Shown: positions 28,287-37,151 of the stretch, piece after piece
Layout: the number at the start of each line of letters is the position of its first letter
Numbering within the stretch: position 1 is the stretch's first letter
NCBI GenBank assembly: GCA_022800755.1
Contig: JAAWQX010000008.1
Span: 16,675 to 80,674 of the forward strand
From: Oscillospiraceae bacterium
GTDB taxonomy: Bacteria > Bacillota > Clostridia > Oscillospirales > Oscillospiraceae
Reading direction: 5' to 3'
Length of the DNA stretch: 64,000 nucleotides
The notes under the pieces: model-generated
Told to the model about the DNA's origin: nothing
The model's input: the letters and a program-made list of their open reading frames with translations, nothing else
Database searches by the model: none
Translations under genes and position numbers: made by a program

Positions 28287-29414
28287 ATGAAAAAGCTGAA
28301 ACGGCTGGATCTGCGGCAACTGCGGCAGATCGATTGGCGTGGGGTACTGCGAAAAAAATGGGTTTGGTTCACCGCGGTGAGCGTGCTGACCTTTCTGATT
28401 GGCCTGTGCTTTTTCACGGCGTTCCGCCACGCGGGCAATACCCTGCGCAGCCAGCACATGGCGGAAGAGTTCACCGGAGACGGGGAACTGGAATTTGCCC
28501 AGGTATCCGTATTTTTGCCGGAGGGGAATTCCATCGGGGATGACGATATCTGGAAATTCCGGGAGACGACCCGGGTCAATACCCAGGATTTAGTGCCGGA
28601 AACAGTGAAGAACCTCTACCTGGACGCATGGAGCACCAAGGGTAGTGTGAACGTGAAAGGGGAGCATGGCAGTTCGGACGCGACGGCTACTGCCGTGGGT
28701 GGGGACTTTTTCCTGCTCCATCCGCAAAATCTCCTGAGCGGAGGCTATATCTCCAGCGACGATTTGATGCATGACCGGGTCATTTTGGACGAGGAATTGG
28801 CGTGGAAGCTGTTCGGCGGCTATGATCTGACCGGGCTGCCGGTGGAGATCGGCGGCAGTACGTTCTATGTGGCCGGCGTCATCGCGCGGGAGACAGACTG
28901 GGCGACGGAAAAGGCTTATACGGACGGCGCGGGACTGTATATGTCCTACGAGGCGTACAAAGCCATGAACGAGGGCGCGTATATCAGCTGCTATGAAGCG
29001 ATCATCCCGGAGCCTGTGGAGAACTTCGCGAAAATGCATGTGGCAGATAATTTCGCGCCAAAGGACGCCGTTGTTATGGTGAACAGCGGGCGGTATTCCG
29101 TGGGGAATGTGTTTTCTTTGCTGAAAAATATGGGCCAGCGGACGATGCGCACGGATACGGTGTACTATCCGTATTGGGAGAACGCCGCGCGGCTGGTGGA
29201 GAACCGGTGCATGGTGCTGCTGGTGCTTGCCGTGCTGTTTTGGGTCTGTCCGGCGGTGTTTGCCGTCACCATAGCAGTGAAGACCTACCGAAAGAGCAAG
29301 CGGAAACTGCATGAGACTTATTTGGATCTGAAAGACCAGTACGAAAACCGGGTGCTGTTCCAAAATCTCAAAGAGAAATTGAAAGGAAAGAAGCATGGCG
29401 GGACTGACTCTTAA
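28287..29414 (+). CDS. Bitopic membrane protein with a MacB-like periplasmic core domain but no FtsX 4-TM module
   Basis: TM near residue 35. Extracytoplasmic domain with [42 protein letters not shown] (MacB_PCD-like). A single C-terminal TM and a basic tail. Confidence 0.6.
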   Translation: MKKLKRLDLRQLRQIDWRGVLRKKWVWFTAVSVLTFLIGLCFFTAFRHAGNTLRSQHMAEEFTGDGELEFAQVSVFLPEGNSIGDDDIWKFRETTRVNTQDLVPETVKNLYLDAWSTKGSVNVKGEHGSSDATATAVGGDFFLLHPQNLLSGGYISSDDLMHDRVILDEELAWKLFGGYDLTGLPVEIGGSTFYVAGVIARETDWATEKAYTDGAGLYMSYEAYKAMNEGAYISCYEAIIPEPVENFAKMHVADNFAPKDAVVMVNSGRYSVGNVFSLLKNMGQRTMRTDTVYYPYWENAARLVENRCMVLLVLAVLFWVCPAVFAVTIAVKTYRKSKRKLHETYLDLKDQYENRVLFQNLKEKLKGKKHGGTDS

Positions 29415-30549
29415 AAATGTCAAAAAGATATACGACAACCAGGTGCTCGCTGTGGCCGATTTCAGCATCGACATCGCGGACAAGGAATTCATCGTCTTGG
29501 TCGGGCCTTCCGGCTGCGGAAAATCCACCGCGCTGCGGATGATTGCAGGGCTGGAGGAGATTACTGACGGCGAGCTTTATATCGACGGGGAACTGATGAA
29601 CAATGTGGAACCCAAGGACCGGGATATTTCCATGGTGTTTCAGAACTATGCCCTGTTCCCCCATATGACGGTGTATGACAATATTGCCTTTGGACTCAAG
29701 CGCCGGAAAGTGCCGAAAAACGAGATCGACCAAAAAGTGCAGGAAGTCGCGGAGATTTTGCAGATCTCCGAACTGCTCCAGCGCAAACCCAAGGCATTGT
29801 CCGGCGGCCAGCGCCAGCGCGTAGCCATTGGCCGGGCCATCGTGAGAAATCCCAAGGTGTACCTGATGGATGAACCTTTGTCCAATCTGGACGCGAAGCT
29901 GAGAAACCAGATGCGCGCGGAACTGAAAAAACTCCATAAGCGCATGAATACGACCTTTATCTATGTCACCCATGACCAGACCGAGGCAATGACCCTGGGT
30001 GACCGGATCGTGGTCATGAAAAGGGGCTATATCCAGCAGATCGGAACGCCCCATGAGGTGTTCGACCATCCCCGGAACCTCTTTGTCGCGGGCTTTATCG
30101 GCACGCCGCAGATGAATTTTATCGATGTGGAACTGGTGCTGGAAAACGGCAAGCCTTGGGCGAAAGTGATGGGCGCGGAGATCCCGCTGGAACTGCCCAT
30201 GGATATTGCCTTGGCGCCGGGAGAGCGGCGCAAGGCGGTGCTGGGCATCCGGCCGGAATATGTAGAGACCGGCGTCAGCGGCGGCATTGCTGCGAGGATT
30301 GCTATGCAGGAACTTTTGGGCAGTACGGTGCAGGTCCACCTGGAACTGGGGGACACCGAACTGATCGCCGTGGTCCCCGTGGCCGATGCGGAAAAGCTGC
30401 CTGCGGTGGGAATGCTGAATGTTTCCCTGCCGCCGGATAAAATTCAGCTGTTCGACCCGGAATCCAAATTGAATTATGAGATCATCTACGGCAGCGGGGA
30501 AGACCCTTTGGCACACCTCCGGGAGCCGGTTGATCCGGACGAACTCTGA
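29395..30549 (+). CDS. MalK/MsmK/UgpC-type sugar ABC transporter ATPase with C-terminal regulatory (TOBE-like) domain
   Basis: [67 protein letters not shown]. 20-nt overlap with the upstream gene. Confidence 0.9.
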   Translation: MAGLTLKNVKKIYDNQVLAVADFSIDIADKEFIVLVGPSGCGKSTALRMIAGLEEITDGELYIDGELMNNVEPKDRDISMVFQNYALFPHMTVYDNIAFGLKRRKVPKNEIDQKVQEVAEILQISELLQRKPKALSGGQRQRVAIGRAIVRNPKVYLMDEPLSNLDAKLRNQMRAELKKLHKRMNTTFIYVTHDQTEAMTLGDRIVVMKRGYIQQIGTPHEVFDHPRNLFVAGFIGTPQMNFIDVELVLENGKPWAKVMGAEIPLELPMDIALAPGERRKAVLGIRPEYVETGVSGGIAARIAMQELLGSTVQVHLELGDTELIAVVPVADAEKLPAVGMLNVSLPPDKIQLFDPESKLNYEIIYGSGEDPLAHLREPVDPDEL

Positions 30550-30551
30550 CA

Positions 30552-30585
30552 AAAAAAGCAACGGCGGCCCCGTTGCTTTTTTATT
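30552..30585 (+). terminator. Rho-independent terminator
   Basis: aagcaacgg-cggcc-ccgttgctt followed by ttttatt. Confidence 0.8.
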
Positions 30586-30647
30586 TGACACATGGCGGGC
30601 ATTGGCATATAATCTACTCTGTAAGATTATGTAAAGGAGTGCAATTC

Positions 30648-31364
30648 ATGGAACAGGCCATCGAAACGCTGCGGCAATGGGTCGCGGAAAGTGACAATAT
30701 CGTATTTTTCGGCGGGGCGGGCGTGTCTACGGAAAGCGGCATCCCGGATTTCCGCAGTGTGGACGGGCTGTATCATCAAACATATAAATTCCCGCCGGAG
30801 ACCATTCTTTCGTACTCCTTTTTCCGGCGCGACCCGGAAGAGTTTTTCATATTCTACCGGGACAAGCTGATCGTAAAGGACGCAAAGCCCAACGCGGCAC
30901 ATTTGAAGCTGGCGGAGTGGGAACAGGCAGGGAAACTCAAGGCGGTCGTGACCCAGAATATTGACGGGCTGCACCAACAGGCAGGAAGCAATAGCGTGCT
31001 GGAACTGCACGGAAGCGTTCACCGCTGTTACTGCGAGAAATGCCGCAAGCCCTACCCTGAGGCGTTTATCAATGACGGTACCGGCGTTCCCCGGTGTGTC
31101 TGCGGCGGCATCGTGCGGCCGGATGTGGTGCTGTACGAAGAGGGTCTGGACGATCGGATCATGTCCGAATCCATTCACCACATTAGAAACGCGGATATCC
31201 TCATCATCGGCGGCACGTCTTTAAATGTATATCCCGCGGCGGGGCTGATCAATTACTACCGGGGACACAAACTGGTGCTCATCAATTTGTCAGAGACCCC
31301 GGCAGATTCCATGGCGGACTTAGTCATTCATGGGAAAATCGGTGAGGTGCTGGGACAGTTATGA
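30648..31364 (+). CDS. cobB: NAD-dependent protein deacylase, Sir2 family
   Basis: FFGGAGVSTESGIPDFRS, QNIDGLH, and Zn-ribbon CxxC...CxC. Confidence 0.85.
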   Translation: MEQAIETLRQWVAESDNIVFFGGAGVSTESGIPDFRSVDGLYHQTYKFPPETILSYSFFRRDPEEFFIFYRDKLIVKDAKPNAAHLKLAEWEQAGKLKAVVTQNIDGLHQQAGSNSVLELHGSVHRCYCEKCRKPYPEAFINDGTGVPRCVCGGIVRPDVVLYEEGLDDRIMSESIHHIRNADILIIGGTSLNVYPAAGLINYYRGHKLVLINLSETPADSMADLVIHGKIGEVLGQL

Positions 31365-32083
31365 GCAGAATCGAGATATTAGGTGTACCCTTTGACAATG
31401 TGACGATGGAGGAAGCCATAGACCGGGCTATGGCGCTGATCGAGGCCCGGCGCGGCGCTTATGTGGTTACGCCGAACCCGGAGATTGTTATGGCAGCCCG
31501 GGAGGACGCGGAGCTGATGGGCGCGGTGAGGGATGCCGCGCTGGTGCTGCCGGATGGTATCGGCGTGATCTATGGCGGGAAAATTTTAGGTACGCCGCTG
31601 AAAGAAAAGACCCCCGGCATCGACTTTGCCGCGGGTGTGATAGAGCGCTTGTCCCACAAGGGCGGGAGCGTGTTTTTGTTTGGCGCCAAGCCCGGCGTGG
31701 CGGAACTGGCGGCGCAAAATCTCTCGAGGAGGTTCCCAGGGCTGGTCATTGCCGGGACCAGTGACGGATATTTTTCCGATGACGCGCCCATCGTGGAGCG
31801 CATCGCCGCGGCGAAGCCTGATTTGCTGCTAGTATGCCTGGGCATGCCTAAGCAGGAGTTTTGGATGCAGGCTCACGCCGGGCAATTGGATGTGGGCTTG
31901 ATGGCCGGTCTGGGGGGAAGTTTGGATGTGTTCGCCGGCGTGGTGGAACGCGCGCCGGAGCGTTGGCAAAAATTGGGTCTGGAGTGGCTCTACCGGCTTT
32001 TGAAGCAGCCCAGCCGGGCCGGGAGAATGATGAAACTGCCCAAATTCGTGCTGTGCGCCGTGAAAGAGAGAGTGACAAGATGA
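31361..32083 (+). CDS. WecB/TagA/CpsF-family glycosyltransferase
   Basis: ILGVPFDNVTMEEAI...VTPNPEIV...LPDGIGV...GAKPGV. Overlaps both neighbouring genes by 4 nt. Confidence 0.8.
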   Translation: MSRIEILGVPFDNVTMEEAIDRAMALIEARRGAYVVTPNPEIVMAAREDAELMGAVRDAALVLPDGIGVIYGGKILGTPLKEKTPGIDFAAGVIERLSHKGGSVFLFGAKPGVAELAAQNLSRRFPGLVIAGTSDGYFSDDAPIVERIAAAKPDLLLVCLGMPKQEFWMQAHAGQLDVGLMAGLGGSLDVFAGVVERAPERWQKLGLEWLYRLLKQPSRAGRMMKLPKFVLCAVKERVTR

Positions 32084-32754
32084 GCGGAAAACTGATCGTG
32101 TTTGAGGGAATCGACGGCAGCGGGAAATCGACCCAGTTCCGCTTGCTGTGCGAGCGCTGCCGCAGCGAGGGACTGGAATTCCGAAATATTGTGTTTCCCC
32201 GGTACGACAAGCCCTCTTCAGCCTTGATCCGTATGTATCTCGGCGGTGAGTTCGGAAAGAACCCATCGGATGTGAACGCTTACGCGGCGTCAACATTCTA
32301 TGCGGTGGACCGTTACGCGTCTTTCGTTACTGACTGGGGCGGGTATTATCGTGACGGCGGATTAATCTTGTCCGACCGGTATACGACCTCCAATGCGGTG
32401 CATCAGGGAAGTAAACTGCCGGAACCGCAGCTTTCTTCTTTTTTCGACTGGCTGTATGATTTAGAATATACCCGTATGGAGTTGCCAAAGCCTGATTTAG
32501 TCATCTATTTAGATGTGGATGTGGAGACTTCCTTATCCCGCATGGCTCAGCGCCGGGCGGAAGACGGCAGCGCCGCGGATATCCATGAAAAGGATGCCGA
32601 ATATCTGGCGCGGTGTTTAGACCTGGGGCATAAGGCCGCCGCCCACTATGGATGGACACTGGTTGACTTTCAAAAAAACGGCAAAATGAGATCTGTTGAG
32701 GACAAGCACGAGGAGATTTATGAGATCGTAAAAGGGGTACTCACCTGTGGCTGA
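32080..32754 (+). CDS. Thymidylate kinase-family (dTMP kinase-like) protein
   Basis: IVFEGIDGSGKST P-loop and DRYTTSNAVHQ motif. ATGA overlap with the upstream gene. Confidence 0.65.
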   Translation: MSGKLIVFEGIDGSGKSTQFRLLCERCRSEGLEFRNIVFPRYDKPSSALIRMYLGGEFGKNPSDVNAYAASTFYAVDRYASFVTDWGGYYRDGGLILSDRYTTSNAVHQGSKLPEPQLSSFFDWLYDLEYTRMELPKPDLVIYLDVDVETSLSRMAQRRAEDGSAADIHEKDAEYLARCLDLGHKAAAHYGWTLVDFQKNGKMRSVEDKHEEIYEIVKGVLTCG

Positions 32755-33295
32755 ATGCAAGCAGGCGCTGCGGAATAGCGTGCGGGCTGCGATTTCACGC
32801 ATGTCCGACGCGGAGGTGCGGCGCTCTGACAAGGCCATCCGGCTGCATGTACTAGACAGTGCGGTCTACCGGGACGCACGGCGTGTTTTTTGCTATTACA
32901 GCATGGATAGGGAGGTTTCCACCCGGGAACTGATCGCGGATGCGGTCAGCCGGGGCAAAGCAGTCGCGCTGCCGGTGTGCGCGGCGAATGGAGAGATGTC
33001 TTTTTACCGCTATTCGGGCGGCTTGCGGCCGGGGCGGTATGGAATCATGGAGCCTGAACCGTTGGAACCCCTGATTCCCGGGAAAGATGATTTAATCGTT
33101 GTTCCGGGCCTGTGCTATGATCGGACAGGCTACCGTCTGGGACAGGGCGGCGGATACTATGACCGATATTTGGCACGGCATAGGGGCGTTACGCTGGGGC
33201 TTTGCAGGGAAACGCTGCTATACGGCGAACTGCCCAGAGAATGGAATGATTTTCCGATGGAATACGTCTTTACAGAAGCCGGGGTGCTGGAATAA
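32747..33295 (+). CDS. 5-formyltetrahydrofolate cyclo-ligase
   Basis: LIVVPGLCYDRTGYRLGQGGGYYDRYL motif. GTG start overlaps the upstream stop. Confidence 0.8.
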   Translation: MAECKQALRNSVRAAISRMSDAEVRRSDKAIRLHVLDSAVYRDARRVFCYYSMDREVSTRELIADAVSRGKAVALPVCAANGEMSFYRYSGGLRPGRYGIMEPEPLEPLIPGKDDLIVVPGLCYDRTGYRLGQGGGYYDRYLARHRGVTLGLCRETLLYGELPREWNDFPMEYVFTEAGVLE

Positions 33296-33323
33296 AAAAG
33301 CGGGACTTCCGAAGAAGTCCCGC
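33294..33323 (-). terminator. Rho-independent terminator for the minus-strand small ORF (also closes the plus-strand operon)
   Basis: gcgggacttc-cgaa-gaagtcccgc. The A run at 33294-33299 gives a U tract on the minus strand. Confidence 0.7.
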
Positions 33324-33336
33324 ACAGGGATGGTGC

Positions 33337-33480
33337 TTAGCAGCAGCAGTTATTGTTGCAGCAGTCGTTGCAGCAGCAATTGTTGTTGCAGCCGCCGCCG
33401 AAGCCGCAGCCACCGCAGCAGAACAGAAGAATGAGGATGATGATGATCCAGAGGCAGTTACCACCGTTTCCGCAGAACAT
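33337..33480 (-). CDS. Unlisted 47-aa Cys-rich single-TM peptide (tentatively YjcZ-like tiny TM sporulation-type peptide)
   Basis: Hand translation: MFCGNGGNCLWIIIILILLFCCGGCGFGGGCNNNCCCNDCCNNNCCC-stop. RBS GGAGAAAGGG about 8 nt upstream of the ATG. Terminator 14 nt downstream. Below the track's size cut-off. Confidence 0.55.
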   Translation of the reverse strand: MFCGNGGNCLWIIIILILLFCCGGCGFGGGCNNNCCCNDCCNNNCCC

Positions 33481-33657
33481 AAAAATAACCCTTTCTCCGC
33501 ACCAATGTAGGTTGCGCGGTCAGTCTCCCCGTGCGGTCAGGGAATTCGACGCGTGAGCTTCTTCGGTTCGGGAGGGAGGGATTTCCTCCACCCGCAACAT
33601 ACTATGCCCGGTCCCGGGATCGGGTTACAATTTGGCAGCATGTCAAGGAGAAACACT

Positions 33658-34947
33658 ATGGCTGATAACGAGAAAAAATTTGAAGAGATGTTTGGCACTA
33701 ACGCCCAGCAGCCTGTGCCGCCGGACCGTACAGGACACGATCGGCCGGAAAAGTATCCGAAAAAAGACCACAAGGACAAAAAGCGTCAGGCATCCCGGCC
33801 TGTGGCAGACGATTTGGACTACCTGCCCATCCGTAAGAGTCGGGAAATGAAGGTAGGATGTCTGGGCGGCATGATGTATTTTGTGTTCGTGGTGAGCGTG
33901 AGCGTTATTTTTGCTTGCTTGGCCTGGATGGCGGCATCCGATGTACTGGCACTAAATAAGCCGCACATCACCGCGGTCATCGACCTGGACGAGAGTGTAT
34001 TCACCCAGCGCGAGGTAGAGACCACTGACGGCAACGGGAATCCGACGACGAAAACCGTCAATATTGCGGACATCGATTACGTGGCGGACCGCCTGAAAGC
34101 GGAGGGGTTGATCTCCTATAAATCCCTGTTCAAATTTTTCTGTAAGATCTCTGACGCGGAAGAGAAACTGGACCCCGGCTCCTATGAACTGTCTACGGAT
34201 TTTGACTACCGGGCGCTGGTAAAGAAAATGAATCAGGGTTCCGGCGCGGCGGTAACGGTGGAGATCACTTTCCCTGAGGGCTTTACGATGGATCAGATCT
34301 TCCGGCGGCTGGAAGAGAATAATGTCAGCACCTATGAAAACCTCATGAAAGCCGCGGCGAACTTCTCTTATAATTATACGTTCCTGGAGGGTGCGGAGTC
34401 CGGTGCGGCTGAACGTTTGGAGGGATATCTGTTCCCGGACACCTACCAGTTTTTCGCGTTTATGGAGCCGTCTTCTGCCATTGGAAAGCTGCTGGATAAT
34501 TACAGTACCCGGGTGACAGAGGAAATGGAACAGCAGGCCGCGGACCGGGGCATGTCCATGCGGGAAGTGCTGATTGTGGCGTCAATGATCGAGAAAGAGG
34601 CGGCCAATGCCGAGGAAGCGCCCACGGTCGCGTCTGTCATCTATAATCGGCTGGCTGGCAATATGCCGCTGCAAATCGATGCGACGACGGATTACGCCAT
34701 GCAGCTCGCGGGCCGTGGTAATGAGAAGACAGATTACAACATTGACAGCCCTTACAACACGTATGTAGTCACAGGCCTGCCTGCCGGGCCAATCTGTAAT
34801 CCGGGCCTGTCGTCCATCAAAGCGGCGCTGGCGCCGGCGGATACGCAGTATTATTACTACGCGCTGGATGTGGAAGCGGGAACCCACCGGTTCTTCAATG
34901 ACTATAATTCCCATCAGGCGTTCGTGGCCACGCAGAATTACGGTTGA
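33658..34947 (+). CDS. mltG: Endolytic murein transglycosylase MltG (YceG-like) with extended cytoplasmic N-terminus
   Basis: ATG at 33658 with RBS aaggag. TM. YceG motifs (ASMIEKEA, YNRL, LQIDATTDY, YNTY..GLP.GPICNPG). Confidence 0.85.
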   Translation: MADNEKKFEEMFGTNAQQPVPPDRTGHDRPEKYPKKDHKDKKRQASRPVADDLDYLPIRKSREMKVGCLGGMMYFVFVVSVSVIFACLAWMAASDVLALNKPHITAVIDLDESVFTQREVETTDGNGNPTTKTVNIADIDYVADRLKAEGLISYKSLFKFFCKISDAEEKLDPGSYELSTDFDYRALVKKMNQGSGAAVTVEITFPEGFTMDQIFRRLEENNVSTYENLMKAAANFSYNYTFLEGAESGAAERLEGYLFPDTYQFFAFMEPSSAIGKLLDNYSTRVTEEMEQQAADRGMSMREVLIVASMIEKEAANAEEAPTVASVIYNRLAGNMPLQIDATTDYAMQLAGRGNEKTDYNIDSPYNTYVVTGLPAGPICNPGLSSIKAALAPADTQYYYYALDVEAGTHRFFNDYNSHQAFVATQNYG

Positions 34948-34951
34948 GCCT

Positions 34952-36193
34952 ATGGAACAGAACAAACAGATCAGGCCGGAGCTTCTTGCTCCGGCCGGTG
35001 ACTTTGAAAAGCTGGCGATGTGCGTCCACTATGGCGCGGACGCAGTCTATCTGGCGGGGAAAGAGTTCGGGATGCGGGCCGCTTCCGGCAATTTTGATCC
35101 GGAGGAATTGCTGCAGGCCATTCAATACTGCCATGAGCGGGGTGTGAAGGTCTATGTCACCTGCAATACCCTGCCCAGAGAGGATGAACTCAAGCGGCTG
35201 CCGGCGCACTTGGAACAGGTGCAGTCCGCGGGGGCCGACGGCCTTATTATTGCTGACTTGGGGGTATTCGCGCTGGCGCGGCAATATGCGCCGAAGGTGC
35301 CGGTCCATGTCAGTACCCAGCTGGGCGTGGTGAACAGCGCTACAGTGAATGCGCTTTATGATATGGGGGCGACCCGTGTGGTGTTGGCCCGGGAACTGTC
35401 CATGACGGAAATTCGGGAATTGAGAGGGAATATCCCGGCGGATATGGAGATCGAGGCGTTTGTCCACGGCGCCATGTGCGTGTCTTTTTCCGGACGGTGT
35501 TTGCTGTCCAATTATTTTACGGGCCGACGGGATGCCAACCGTGGGGAGTGCGCCCAGCCCTGCCGCTGGAAATACGCGCTTATGGAAGAAAAGCGGCCGG
35601 GGGAATATTTTCCCATCGGCGAGGATGGCGGAACATACATACTGAATTCCCGGGACATGTGTATGATCGAACATATTCCGGAGCTGCGTGAAGCAGGTGT
35701 GACCAGTTTCAAAATCGAGGGACGAATGAAATCCGCTTATTACGCTGCCGCGGTGACAAATGCGTACCGCCATGCCATTGACGATGTGCTGGAAGGCAGG
35801 GAGGTATCCGAACTATGGATAGAGGAGACGGAAAAACTCAGTCATCGACCGTACAGTACGGGATTTTACTACGGACAACCCGGTCAATATACACAGGACA
35901 GCGCCTATTTTTCCGGCGCGGAGATCTGCGCCGTGGTGGAAGCTTGCGGCCCGGACGGGATCGCCCGGCTGACCCAGCGCAACAAATTTTGCCGGGGAGA
36001 CCGGTTGGAATTGCTGACCAGCGACGGACCACCCCTGTCGTTTATCGCGGATGGGATGCGGGAAATGGACGGCACTGCCATTGATGCTACGCCCCGGGCC
36101 ATGATGGAATTCACCATGCCGCTCCCAAAGATTTGCGGGCCGTTATCCATCTTGCGCAGGGTAAAGGGGGAGACGGAACGTGTCAGAAAATGA
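34952..36193 (+). CDS. Peptidase U32 family protein
   Basis: ELLAPAGDFEKL...GADAVY...E.FVHGAMCVSFSGRCLLS signature. Confidence 0.85.
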   Translation: MEQNKQIRPELLAPAGDFEKLAMCVHYGADAVYLAGKEFGMRAASGNFDPEELLQAIQYCHERGVKVYVTCNTLPREDELKRLPAHLEQVQSAGADGLIIADLGVFALARQYAPKVPVHVSTQLGVVNSATVNALYDMGATRVVLARELSMTEIRELRGNIPADMEIEAFVHGAMCVSFSGRCLLSNYFTGRRDANRGECAQPCRWKYALMEEKRPGEYFPIGEDGGTYILNSRDMCMIEHIPELREAGVTSFKIEGRMKSAYYAAAVTNAYRHAIDDVLEGREVSELWIEETEKLSHRPYSTGFYYGQPGQYTQDSAYFSGAEICAVVEACGPDGIARLTQRNKFCRGDRLELLTSDGPPLSFIADGMREMDGTAIDATPRAMMEFTMPLPKICGPLSILRRVKGETERVRK

Positions 36194-37100
36194 GTCCATG
36201 AAGGGGCAGGACCAGACAAAATATGTTGCCGCTGTGGTGATTGCCGGAACTTTATGGGGCTTTATGGGCCTGTTTCGCCGGAATCTGGCGGATTTGGGCA
36301 TTTCAGCCGGCGGGATCGTATTCATCCGGTGCGGTCTGGCGGCGGTACTGCTGCTGGCAACGCTTCTGGTACGGGACCGGGCGGCGCTGAAGATCAAACT
36401 GCGGGACTTGTGGTGCTTTTTGGGGTCAGGGCTTTGCAGTATGCTGTTTTTTACGTATTGCTATTATCAAGCCATGAACTACATGTCATTGTCCGTAGCG
36501 GCGATTCTGTTGTATACGGCGCCGATCATCGTAGTGGTGTTATCGGCGGCGCTGTTTCGCGAGAAATTCACTGGAAGAAAGCGCACGGCGTTGCTTCTGG
36601 CCTTTTTGGGCTGCTGTCTGGTGTCCGGACTTGGCAGTGACACGCGGCTGTCCTGGATCGGAATTTTTTATGGTTTAGGGTCCGGGTTTGGCTACGCGTT
36701 GTACAGCATTTTTGCCCGGCTTGCCCTGGAACGGGGATATTCCAGCCTGACTGTGACCTTTTATACCTGCCTGTTTGCCGCGATTGGCGCCGGGGTGATT
36801 TGGGGAGTTTATGAGCCTGTGACGTTGATGTTTGTGTCAAAGCAGGGAATTTTCTGGAGCTTGGGCATCGCGTTTTTTACCTGTTACCTGGCTTACTTGC
36901 TGTATACATACAGCTTGACGGGCTTGGAGACCGGGAAAGCGTCTATTTTTGCCAATATTGAGCCGGTAGTCGCGACAGTGGTGGGGATGGCAGTATTTCA
37001 TGAACCTATGACACTGCTGAATCTTTTGGGCATCTTAAGTGTACTGGCGGCCGTTGTTTTGTTGAGTGTGAAAGACAGGAAAGAAGAAAACCAAGCATAA
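36180..37100 (+). CDS. EamA/DMT-family transporter (start 36180 GTG or 36198 ATG)
   Basis: 10-TM drug/metabolite transporter-like sequence with two EamA halves. Confidence 0.8.
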   Translation: MSENESMKGQDQTKYVAAVVIAGTLWGFMGLFRRNLADLGISAGGIVFIRCGLAAVLLLATLLVRDRAALKIKLRDLWCFLGSGLCSMLFFTYCYYQAMNYMSLSVAAILLYTAPIIVVVLSAALFREKFTGRKRTALLLAFLGCCLVSGLGSDTRLSWIGIFYGLGSGFGYALYSIFARLALERGYSSLTVTFYTCLFAAIGAGVIWGVYEPVTLMFVSKQGIFWSLGIAFFTCYLAYLLYTYSLTGLETGKASIFANIEPVVATVVGMAVFHEPMTLLNLLGILSVLAAVVLLSVKDRKEENQA

Positions 37101-37103
37101 AAT

Positions 37104-37141
37104 ACCGCGCCGGGTGCGCAAAACAGTGCGCCCGGCGCGGT
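37104..37141. terminator. GC-rich hairpin between convergent genes (probable terminator)
   Basis: accgcgccggg...cccggcgcggt stem. The flanking A/T runs are short. Confidence 0.55.
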
Positions 37142-37151
37142 AAATTTGATT

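Noticed and set aside
33099-33556. Track ORFs 33099-33434(+), 33270-33464(-) and 33353-33556(+), reading poly-Ala/Ser/Gln low-complexity sequence across the GCA/GCC repeat.
   Set aside because: They are alternative frames of the Cys-codon-rich segment. Only the minus-strand frame 33337-33480 has a proper ATG, a Shine-Dalgarno and a terminator, and gives a coherent TM peptide.
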